Assembly (NCBI GenBank): GCA_002245135.1
Contig: NGBS01000018.1
Location: 106,992 to 126,991 of the forward strand
Length of the DNA: 20,000 bases
Direction: 5' to 3'
Origin: Proteromonas lacertae
Lineage: Eukaryota
Positions 9,401-20,000 of this stretch are shown one piece after another. The notes beneath the pieces were generated by a model. The model ran no database searches, had not been told where the DNA came from, and worked only from the letters and a program-made list of their open reading frames with translations. The stretch's first letter is position 1; every line of letters starts with the position of its first letter. Position numbers and translations under genes: made by a program.

Positions 9401-12400
9401 TTGTAAACTATTGTTCTTGTGTAACAATGTAGTGAGTGAATTATTCATTTGATTTTGTGCTTTTAATATAGATATTGATTTATCATTACTACTATTTGAT
9501 AATGGAGGTTTTGATTCAATAGAAAATGAATGTGAAGCTTTAATTGATTTTCTTCTTGATGTTTGTTGATTGGCTATAGTTACTGAATTACTTCTTTTAT
9601 GAGTTTTTGTTTTTGTTTTAGTTGGCGAAGAAGTAGTATTTATTGTTTCATTCAATTTGTTATTTTCATTCTTTAGATCTGTTATTTCAGTCATTAATTC
9701 AGTTATTCTTTTACTGGATTTTATATTTTCTTCTTTTAATAACTCATTTTTCTTCGATAAAGTAGATATTTGATAGTTTAATTCTATCTCTGTCTTATTT
9801 GGATGTAATTTATTGGGTGTTTCAAAATTTACTTTCTTTTTGGGTGTAAATTTCAACTTCCTTCTTACTGGAGTTGTATTTTTTTCTTCGTTGTTTTGGG
9901 AATTGTTCATTTCTTCTATTTTTAAGTTCAATTCTTTTATTCCTTTATTCAAATCTCTATTTTTCAATAACATTTCTTCTTCTTTCTTCTTTAACTCGAT
10001 TATTTGATTCTGTAGTGAATGATTCTTTTTTGATAGTTCAGATATTTTGGTGTTTAATTCAACTTGAGTTTTACTGATATGCGGCTCTTCTTCTTCATTT
10101 TGTCGTTTTATTGGAACAGATTTAGATCTTTTCTTTGTTTGTGGTTTCTGTTTTGATGGAGTTTTTTGAACAGATAAAGATCTCTGATTTTCTACTGATT
10201 TCTTAAGTTTCTCAATTTGTTCATCTTTTTCCTTTATTTTATCTTTCATTTTATTCAAATTTTCTTTAATTTCTTTCACTTTGTTAGATAATGTGTTAAT
10301 CTTTTCATTTTTACTTTCATTGTCATTTTTCAATTCATGGTTCTTATTAACTAAATTAGATATTTGTTTATTTAGTTCAATTTCACTCTTACTGATATGT
10401 GGTTCTTCATGTTGTTGTTTAACTGGAACAGATTTAGATCTTTTCTTTGTTTGTGGTTTTTGTTTAGGAGTATTTTGAACTGATAAAGATCTCTGATTTT
10501 CTACTGATTTCTTCAGTTTTTGAATCTCTTTATCTTTCTCACTCATTTCTTCTTTCATTTTATTCAAATCTTGTTTTATATCTTTCATTTTACTTGATAA
10601 TTCATTGATTCTTTCATTTTTACTATCAACATCTTTTTTCAATTCATGGTTCTTGCTTACTAGATTGGATATTTGTCTATTTAATTGAATTTCACTTCTG
10701 TTTTTATGTTCACTCTTTGGTTCTTTCTTCGTAGGTGTAAATCTAATTCTTCTATTCACAGATTTGGACGGAGTTTGAGTAAAAGTATTATTCATATTTG
10801 ATTCTTCATCACTTACTAATATGGAATTGTACGTAGTTAAAGGTGTCATTTTGGTAGAATGAATAGCTGTAGGAGATAATGCTCTATAATAGTTTATTGG
10901 ATTAATTGTTTTTGATAATATTCTATTTCTTTTTTTATTGGTTTGTTGATAATTTCTATTGAAATAATAAAATAATATTCACTTACTTACTCTGAATCGC
11001 TTTTTTCAACATCTATTGGTAATGGGGATGTTGTATTATCATTGGTTTCGATTTTTCTATTCTGAGGTGAAAAAGAACAGATTGGAATGATATTTGAAGT
11101 TAGGAGAATTGTTGAAGTGTTAGATTCTTCATCTATTTCTTCATTATTTATCTTATCATCTATAAATTCTAATAAAGGATAGTTATATGTTGATAATTGA
11201 GAAATTTCATCCAATAGTGTGGGTGTTGCAAGTATAATACTATCATTCAAATTTAATTCCAAGATGTCATATATTAGATATCCAATATCAACATAATCTG
11301 TTGACAGACACGAGATAATTGGCAAAGAAATATATGTACAACTAACATGTGTTTGATGTAAATTTGTTTCTGGAGGTGATGGTGGTTGAGATGGAGGTGG
11401 TGGAGGAGAATCAAGTGAATCAATATCTTCATTATCTATTCTATTTGATTGTGGCTCAATATATTTATCTATCTCAGAAATTAATTTGTGAGAGATCTCT
11501 CTATAGAGATAAAATAAACATAAATATAATAAATACTCAAATTCTAAATCAATACCATCATTCATTCCAGCCGGATCATTAACATACGTTGAATTAACTA
11601 TATTTCCACTTTGTTCTAACAAAAATTCATATTTTTGAACAATGATGAGATATTCTCCTTCAACAGACTCTAATTTCTTACATGTACTTTGATATCTATT
11701 ATCTAATTCAACATACTTACCTTTCAATTGTGTCAATAGCTTCCTCATATCTCTATTACTTTCTTCAATTAATTCCATATGCTGTGTTTGTTGCTGGTTC
11801 AAATTATCTCCTTTATTATTATCAAAATAGGAAGAATTAGATTGGTTTAATGTTGTAAAAGATGTTCCATTGTAGTCTTTTGCATTTACACTATTTTGTA
11901 TATATTTATTATTATTTTTGACATTCTGGACTTTTAAATTGAAATTTAACTGTTTGATTTTACTTTCTAAATCTTTAATTTTGATATTTAATAAATGATT
12001 ATCTTCTTCCACTTGATTCTTATATTTATTCAATTCTTTTATCTCATTATTTGTTTTATTCCTCAATTCTTTAAGTTCATTTGTTAAGTCATAAATTTTA
12101 GTTGAATAATTTGAGATTGAATTTGTTAGAAGTTCATTTTCTTTCTCCAATTCCTTTTTCTATTCATTATCAATAATTATAAAATAAATATATACTTTTG
12201 ATTCATATTTACTTTCTATTAAATCATTTTTATTCTTTAATTCACTGTTCTTTTTTTCTAATTCGTTTATTTTCATTGCAAGAATCAGATTTTCATCATC
12301 TTTTTTACTCTTTTTATCCATCATTGAAAATACTTTAGAAGTCTTTTCTTCTTCCATTGATTTGATTTGTTTCTTTAGAGATTTTATTTCATTTTCCTGT

Positions 12401-13423
12401 TGTGAAATTCTATTTGAAAGTAATACTTTTTCTCCTTTTAAATCATGAATCTATAGGATAATAACAAAACAATAAAATATTATACTTGAGAATCATTATT
12501 TTCATCTTTTTCTACTTCTAATAGCTTCTTCTCTAGTGCTTTATTCTTTTGAATTAATTCATTATTTTGTAAATTAACATTCTCATTTTCTTTCTTTAAT
12601 GTTTTATTATCATTTGATAATCTTAATAATGCATCATTCAATTTCATTATTTGCTTTCTCATATCATTTATTAACTGTTGATTGTTTCTATTCTCCATTA
12701 ATACTTTTGAATTATTATCTTCACTTTGTACTTCAACATCTTTCATTATTGTTGCTAAATAACTATTATATTATAAAAATACTATGTTTTTGTGAACTTT
12801 TCAGACTTTTATTAATTGCTTTTAATCTGTTTATCATAGTTAATTGTTGCTATAAAATTGTAAATAAACATAAAACGAAATATATACCGATGTAGCTTGA
12901 GTTAGGTTTATTATTTGTGTTGTTTTGTTCTGTAAATCATTTGAAAGGTTTTTTATTGTTTCTATATCTTGATTTAAGTTATTCTGTTGAGATGTAATTA
13001 ATTTGTTCTTTTGCTTTAGTTCTTGCTTTAAAAGCCTAATTTGACTATTTAATTGATCATAGCTATTTGTTGTAATAGTAAAAGCATTTGTTGGAGGAAT
13101 TCGAAGGTGGAAGTGTTAAAAATGAGTGAGAAGAAGAAGGTTCTTGTTTATTAATTGATTGGATTATTGCATTTATATCATCAACAGAAGTATTTGGCTC
13201 TGACAAATAACTCTTCATAGTTTTAGATAATTCTTTTTCGATTTTGCTATTCTCTTTCGACATTTCACTCAAATCGGGAATTGTGTATAATGAAGATTCA
13301 TTCCTCTATTTAACATGATAATGAATGTGTATACTGTTCTAGAAAGAGATTTTAGTCTTGAAGGACTTTTATGTTCTTTTCTTGATTTCTATACATTAAT
13401 ATATTGATTTATAATTTTACCAT
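6420..13423 (-). CDS. Giant (~2220 aa) coiled-coil / low-complexity protein of unknown function; 11 coding exons, one apparent +1 frameshift
   Basis: Hand-spliced introns (28-38 nt): 13389-13420, 13306-13334, 12850-12887, 12755-12782, 12451-12485, 12160-12195, 11501-11536, 10956-10990, 6727-6763, 6567-6597. They link five track ORFs in phase from ATG 13423 to TAA 6422-6420, except for one frame break near 13063-13117. K/E/N/L heptad-like composition. Confidence 0.75.
9730..10760 (-). repeat. Intragenic ~309-bp (103-aa) tandem repeat: two full copies plus two partial/degenerate copies
   Basis: KKSVENQRSLSVQ and KQKPQTKKRSKSVP are duplicated; GATAAAGATCTCTGATTTTCTACTGATTT occurs at 10173 and 10482. 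A recurrent [ST]-[EQ]-[IV]-[EQ]-L-N-x-x-I-S-x-L-x-x-K-N motif starts at ~10696, 10387, 10069 and 9793. Confidence 0.9.
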
Positions 13424-13770
13424 TATATATTTTCACTTTTTAACCTGTACATAAAACAACAAGAATTTAAATTTTAAAAATAGTTTGAGAGAATCAAGTT
13501 TATATAAAATTTCATATCAAATATTGCATTAAATAAACAACTATGATGATTTATTTTGACATTTTTGTTATTTATGTTGTACAATTTATTAATTTTACTA
13601 CTTATTTAAAGATAAGGAAATAATTCTGTTTCATTTTATTTATATGATATTATTTATTTAACTATAACTGCTGTTGATAAATACAGTATGTTTTATAGCA
13701 ATAAATATCAAATATCTTCAAAACTATTTTAAAAAGTATAACTGTCATTTTTTTAAATTTTTGAAAAGTA
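13424..13770. promoter_or_regulatory. 347-bp AT-rich divergent intergenic region between the two coiled-coil genes
   Basis: Lies between ATG 13423(-) and ATG 13771(+), with no ORF. Regulatory role is inferred from position. Confidence 0.4.
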
Positions 13771-16700
13771 ATGTCTTTGGAAGGTCCTTTAATCGAAGAC
13801 AGAGTATTTTAATAAATATTATGGTAGGATGATCACAGTTATAAGAAAAAACTGATAGAATTAACACTATTAACAACACAATATCAAGATCTACAAATAC
13901 AATATAACTCATTGTGTCAAAGACATCACAATGTAAAAGAGGTATATTTTTATAAAATCTATTTACTCATATAGAAATGTTTAGCTTCAAATGAAAGGTA
14001 TAGTAATATATTATTTATTATATAGAAATCAAAAGCTTGATGAACGAATTAGAACAAGCTAAAAACGAAATACAAGTTCAGCTAAGAAATATAGATCAAA
14101 TAAAACAAAATGAGGCAAGAACAAAGCAAGATATTGTTACTCAACACGAAAAAGAGAAGCAAAATTGGAAAATATCAGACAATGCTTCTCAGGATACAAT
14201 TAGTCAGTTGAGAAAAGAGAATTCTCAACTTCATAGTGAAATAGAAAAAACAAAACTAGATTTAAAACAACAATCAATTCAACTACAAAGTAATGATATA
14301 GCTATGCAAAAATATGAAATAACAGTATTTAATTGCTTCATTATTATCTAGAATAAACATCTAATTGACAAAGTTGATGAACAACAAAAGCAAATGTATA
14401 TTGATGTTTGTTATAATCAAAATAGAAATGAAAAAGATAGTGAAATTATAAAACTAAAACAGCAACTTGAATCAACAAGAACAGACTTGCAAAATACACA
14501 GAATGAATTAATAAAGTATTATATTATACTATTATAATTTATAATAAATAGAACAAAATATGAAAGAGATCAAAACAATGATTCACTTCATGATTTAAAG
14601 AAAGATAAAGAAGAATTGAAAGAATCAAATATGAAATTAAAAGTCGAAAATACTTCACTGTATGAGAAAGTAAATGTATTAATTCATTTTTATTATTGAT
14701 TGTATAGAAATTTGATATGGAAAAGCAAGACTTGATGAATAGAATAACAAAATGTGAAACAGATTTACAGCTAAGATCTTCTGAGTTACAATCCAAATTA
14801 GAGTTACTACACAATATAGAAAAGGAAAAAGAAGAATTGAAACAGATAAGTAAAGAGGAAAGAATAGAATTATTGAATAAAATTGATGGTTATAAAGTAA
14901 AAATTGCAAGAAATATCTCATACTTTGGAACAATGTAATAATGAACTAATTTCTACACAAAGTGAAATAGACAAATTACAAAGCAAACTAAGTGAAAGTA
15001 ATAACAATTTCAATGTAATAAAAACCAAATATTCAGTATATATTATTATTATTATTATTATTATTAATGATATATTAAATAGAAATTAAAAGAAGAATAC
15101 AATAGTTTAAATACAGATTATGAGAAAGTATGTAGTGAAAATGAAGAATTAGAAGAAGCTAAAGAAACTAGTGAAAACAAAATAACAGAACTACAGAAAG
15201 AAATTGAAAGTATCAAAAATAGTAAATCATCAATACAAACTCAAACTACACCACCTCCAAAAGAAGAGAAGAAAAAAGAAAAAGAAGAAGAACCAAAAAC
15301 GCCACCAAGACAACAACCACAAACCACAACTTCAATCAACATTTGGATCACCATATCCACCTCCTATGTTTAGTCCAGAACCAACAGTTATATATCAAGG
15401 TATTAAAGTAAATGAGAATGAATCATTTCCATCATCTCCAGTAGTTCCACAACAAAGATATCAACAACAACAACAGCAAACAATACCTCAACCTCCTCCA
15501 CAACATCATACCAATACATATCGTGAAGAAAATACACAATTTCCAAGTGAATATACAATAACACCAACAATGAAACATAAGAAACATAGAAGTAAATCAT
15601 ATAGTTCAACATCATCAGATAGTGAAACAACAGTAAGTGATATATCCCATCATCATCACAATCATCATCATAGTCAATCTCATCATAAGAATAAACAGCC
15701 AAAGAAAAAATCTCATAGTAAACATCGTAAATATCCACATGGTGAAAGAGTAAGAGTAAGAGAAGATGAATATTCCTACAGTGATTCTGAAATAACACAA
15801 ACACAAGAAGAAACAGAAGAAGAAGAAGAACCACCACAACCAAGAAGACAAGGAAAGGGTAGAAATAATGGTAAAGTTATTAGAGAGCAATACAAAGATA
15901 ATGTTGAAGATGATTATGATAATAATGAAGAAGAAGATGAAAAACAATACAAATACAATACAAGAATTGAAGTAAGAAGAAATCAACCAGTTGTATATAA
16001 GAATTAGTTTTATCAATTTTTATTGTTTGTTTAGGATGGGTATATGTTAGCATCAAGACAAAAAGCCATTATATCTCTTCAAGATCTAAGGGAAATATTG
16101 TGTGAGCAAATCTATACACAATCTGAATTGATGTTTTGTAATGTAGAAGCTGATTCAAAAGAAGTTATAACAAAGAAAGAATTGAAAGATGTATTGGAAT
16201 GTTTCTTACATTATGCAGCTGAAACATTAGCATCAATAATTGCAGCTCATATTAGAAGTTTAGAAGCACACTGCGAAATAGAGAAGCAATTTAGTGAACA
16301 ATCAAATGGAAATAATAGTAAAACAATAAGTAGGAAATCAATATATAAAGAAGAAGGAAATGAAATTAGAGATAAATTGGAGGATATTTGGAATAAACAT
16401 AGAATATATGAAACAGGTATGACTTTTATAATAAAATATAATAGAACAAATGAGAAGATATCGTGTAGGAGGAACATTCCCAGCAAAAGCAGTTAGAGAT
16501 TATGCATTTAATCATGGAGTTGTTGGTCCAAGTCTTAAAAATCAAAGAGTAAGACCCAGTGATTATACAAGGCATGCAGTGAGCAAAGAAGAACTTAGTG
16601 ACGAATTTAATCCTATGTTTAAACGAGGAACTCCAGATGATGCCTATTATCAACTATATGATATACTAAGTATATTTTTTAACAACAACAGAGATCAGAT

Positions 16701-16874
16701 GAATTTGGGAAGAGGAGAATCAGATAGAAAAGTATATATTTTTATGTTTATATTGTTTAGAATGTTGATTTAGCATTTTATGGTGCTTTGTATTATTATA
16801 TCAGAATGGTAAATACAGTTCCAGGAATGAGAACAAATGATGTTGTAAAAACAGATAGAAACTACCCAATTTAG
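13771..16874 (+). CDS. Multi-exon hypothetical protein (~900 aa): coiled coil, Pro/Gln/His/acidic low-complexity middle, orphan C-terminal domain; two apparent +1 frameshifts
   Basis: Introns 13804-13827, 13942-13974, 14003-14025, 14325-14351, 14396-14425, 14516-14551, 14676-14707, 15036-15082, 15993-16034, 16417-16444, 16732-16760 connect ATG 13771 to TAG 16872-16874. Frame breaks at ~14899-14903 and ~15321-15323. Confidence 0.7.
15041..15066. repeat. (ATT)n microsatellite, about 8 units, inside an intron
   Basis: tattattattattattattattatta lies within intron 15036-15082, the longest intron in the window (47 nt). Confidence 0.9.
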
Positions 16875-17177
16875 ATTATTCTTTTAAAGTTTAATATTTT
16901 GTTAATTATTTTCTATTTTTGTGATAATAATAAATAGTAGTCGTAGAAATTGCAATAGCACTCACAATAAAACCCTATTTATATAAATATATCTTCAATA
17001 CACTAATAAATGGGATGAAACATGCATTCATAAGGTTATTCCATTTTTTGTTTTTATTTTCATCATCATTACTGCTTTTATCTTTCACCATCACACTATA
17101 AATCAATTTTCGTTTGAATCGACATATTTCAAAAATATTATCGTTTCACATTTATTCTTGTCTTTAACTCTCGAACC

Positions 17178-18040
17178 ATGGCAGACAGATCAAAAATATT
17201 GGTTTTATTTGATGTAGATGGTACTTTAACTGCAGCTAGGCAGGTATGATTCCTTATAGATTAATGTTATAGACCATTACTCCTGAAATGAAAGATTTCA
17301 TTCAAGAACTTAAAAAATATGTAACGATTGGAGCAGTTGGTGGATCTGATCTTAAGAAACAGAAAGAACAGTTGGGTGATGATGGTATATTCACTAAATT
17401 ACTGTATTAGTAACAACAAATTTCGATTATTCATTCTCAGAAAATGGATTAGTTGCATATCACAATGGTGAATTAATCCATAAATATGTACTTTTCATAC
17501 ATTTTAGTAAATAGTCTTTAAAAAACAAGTATAACGAAGAACAACTTCAAGAACTAATCAATTTCAGTTTAAGATATGTAGCAGACTTAAAAATACCAGT
17601 AAAGACAGGAACATTTATAGAATTTAGAACTGGTTTAATTAATGTATCACCAATTGGAAGGAATTGTACACAAGAAGAAAGAGATGAATTTGTCAAATTT
17701 GACAAAGAACATCATGTATTAGTCAATCTAAGAAAAGCATTATTAGACAATTTTGGTGAAAAAATGAATTTAACTATCTCAATTGGTGGACAAATATCTG
17801 TTGACTGTTTTCCAAATGGATGGAACAAGACATATGCTTTAAGACATGTTGAAAAAGCTGGTTATGAAGAGATTCATTTCTTTGGTGATAAAACCATGGA
17901 AGTATATATATATTTAATATCAATTATCTATATAGGGTGGTAATGATTATGAGATTTATAATGATAAGAGAGTGAAAGGACACTCAACAAAAGGATGGGA
18001 AGATACAATGAGACAATGTAAAGAACTATTCATTCATTAA
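17178..18040 (+). CDS. PMM: Eukaryotic phosphomannomutase (HAD family, PMM2/Sec53), 248 aa; exons 17178-17243, 17273-17384, 17411-17487, 17515-17901, 17936-18040
   Basis: Absent from the ORF track. Splicing four introns (29, 26, 27, 34 nt) gives [87 protein letters not shown] and [18 protein letters not shown]. Confidence 0.97.
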
Positions 18041-18191
18041 GTTACTTATATGTACAGAATTTTTAAATTGTGTGTGTTTGGTGTTGTTCAATGTATTAGT
18101 TGAAGAGAAAAAGAAAGTAATGCAAAATAAAATATCAAATCATAGTTTGAGATTTCTTAACTGAAAAAATTAAATCAAATCCAATTTCTCA

Positions 18192-20000
18192 ATGTCTTCC
18201 CCATATAATCCCATAAATCGTATAATGATATTATTAATTTTTATTTATCTGGCTAGATCGAGTTTATGAATCTCTTGCTGCTGTAGATAGAGATGAGGAA
18301 GAAGACTTATATGCTGATCCATACTTAAATACAACTCATACACAAGATATTCCCGCTACACCCGAACTTAATACTTCAACTCACTCAATACCACCTCAAT
18401 ATGCTACTTTTTCTGGTGGACCATATGTAGATGATGAATACAGCAGCCCATACCGTCGTAATTTATTTCCTACAAGAACATCACCTCCTAGAACATTTTC
18501 ACCAAATTCTAACCATAATTCACCATTAGCTGCAGATCACTCCCAATCAATGGGATTACCTCAAAACTTTTCACCATCTCAAAGCAGATCTGCAATATTT
18601 AGAGCATTAGCTGAATGTAAATCAAAAATTAGTCAATTATCTCAGAAAGTCAGTGAACTGGATGATATGCTAACAGCTGTATCATCAACACATAGTTCTC
18701 CTAACCAAAGATCCATAAAATATGGTCAAAGACCTTTCATAAGTCAACAATATCGTAGTGCATCAGCATCAACAAGAAGATCTAGAACATTCGTTGGAAG
18801 TAATAATAATAATCCAGATGATTCTTTATATCAAACCCCTTCGAACTATAAGAATAAAAGAAATGCATATACTGATTCATTATTAAATCGTGCAAATACA
18901 AAGTATCAACAATTACAACAACAGAAATATAAATATGCAAATGATGATGATGAAGAAGAGAGTAATAGTGAAAGTAATGAAGAAGAAGAAGAAGAAGAAG
19001 ATGATATAAATGAAATGTTACGATATCAAAAGAATATAAAACAAGGTGCTAGAGAATATATTCAAAAATATCATTATCAACAACAATGTCCAAAAGTAGT
19101 AACAACAAATACACCACCATCTACATCTTCATCATCATATCAAACACCACAAAATTATAAACAACAAAATACATCATCATCACCTCATTACAATTATTCA
19201 TCAGTTCCCAAAACAGTTGGTAGTAGTGGTATTAATGATTCAGATACAGATTCAAGACCATCTATTGATGAACCATTACCTGAGAATATAATTCCAGCAA
19301 TTCGACGAAGTTTATCCAATAAAAAGAAGAGCAAAAGACCTCCTTCTCCAATATCTCCAAATGTTTATCATGAAATAGTTAAAGAACATGTTTCAAGATC
19401 ACCTTCGCCAGAAACAAGACATATGGAGGAAGTATTGAATATTAGCCCTGATAAGAATGAAGGTAGAAAGAAGGAAAGTAGTCCTATAAAGAAGAAGAAG
19501 AAGAATCATGTTAGTCCAGTGATTAATGCTGTTAAAGAAAATGTAGAAGAAGTTCCTACTATGCAGTTATCATCAGGAGATAATAATGAGGAAGTAGTAA
19601 AACAAGAACAACCTAAAGTTGAAGAAACACCAGCTCCAGTTGAAGAAACACCAGCTCCAGTTGAAGAAACACCAGTCTAACCAGTTGAAGAAACACCAGC
19701 TCTCAGTTGAAGAAACACCAGCTCCAGTTGAAGAAACACCAGCTCCAGTTGAAGAAACACCAGCTCAGTAAGAAAACTCAGTTGAAGAAACACCAGCTCT
19801 AGTTGAAGAAACCACCCAAGAAACATCCAGTTGAAGAAACACCAACTCCAGTTGAAGAAACACCAGTCCAGTTGAAGAAACACCAGCTCCAGTTGAAGAA
19901 ACACCAGCTCCAGGAACCCCGTTTCACCTGGAAGAGAAGAAGCAGTTGGACAGTATGGAAATATTGCTGATGAAAAAGTTGAAAATCAAACTGAGGAAGA
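18192..20000 (+). CDS. Hypothetical Ser/Pro-rich, largely disordered protein with a short coiled coil and PVEETPA repeats; probably continues past the window edge
   Basis: ATG 18192 plus intron 18220-18256 (37 nt) is in frame with track ORF 18550-19680. The TAA at 19678 falls inside a corrupted repeat unit, and coding-like sequence (VSPGREEAVGQYGNIADEKVENQTEE) resumes after the array. Confidence 0.65.
19618..19912 (+). repeat. 21-bp coding minisatellite CCAGTTGAAGAAACACCAGCT (PVEETPA), about 14 copies, several with indels
   Basis: Directly visible head-to-tail units without unique spacers. Confidence 0.95.

Noticed and set aside
7080..12895. Short plus-strand ORFs (7080, 9149, 9813, 10281, 11349, 12599 etc.)
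   Set aside because: F/L/I-rich antisense shadows of K/E/N-rich coding sequence on the minus strand.
17590..17640. Inactive PMM because KRGTF reads KTGTF
   Set aside because: The DxDGT nucleophile motif, the substrate-binding arginines (FR, GR, EER) and GDKT/GGND are intact.
2013..18040. Blastocystis-type stop codons created by polyadenylation (TGTTTGTT motif)
   Set aside because: Every complete gene model has a genome-encoded stop. The TGTTTGTT copies I noticed (14405, 16024) lie inside inferred introns.
14539..19904. Minus-strand ORFs at 14539, 14679, 15403, 15615, 16247, 16426 and 19677
   Set aside because: Antisense shadows of low-complexity plus-strand exons and repeats, with no independent features.
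19618..19912. CRISPR-like array
   Set aside because: Units are head-to-tail with no unique spacers, are a multiple of 3, translate in frame, and there are no cas genes in this eukaryotic context.
1..20000. Stop-codon reassignment (ciliate-type code)
   Set aside because: SAT and PMM end at TAA at the expected positions, and internal stops are explained by introns or single indels.

Overview
AT-rich, gene-dense eukaryotic (protist) nuclear DNA. It uses the standard genetic code and carries about 29 tiny GT-AG introns (23-47 nt, mostly GTAT...TAG) that fragment the ORF track. This architecture suggests a Blastocystis-like stramenopile or similar gut protist (inference only). Hand-spliced gene models, left to right: divergent Hsp70 (minus, runs off the left edge); serine O-acetyltransferase ending in DYVI; tRNA-Lys(UUU); an apparently intronless 1045-aa type-I membrane metzincin (gametolysin/M11-like) with a YPxPP-repeat tail; a NEK-like pseudokinase; a ~2220-aa repeat-containing coiled-coil protein (minus); a second multi-exon coiled-coil protein, head-to-head with it; phosphomannomutase; and a low-complexity protein with a 21-bp PVEETPA tandem array running off the right edge. 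Three +1 frameshifts and an indel-riddled repeat most likely reflect assembly errors. No mobile element, CRISPR or prokaryotic system is seen, and no undescribed system can be demonstrated. The best candidates for novelty are the receptor-like protease and its pseudokinase neighbour.
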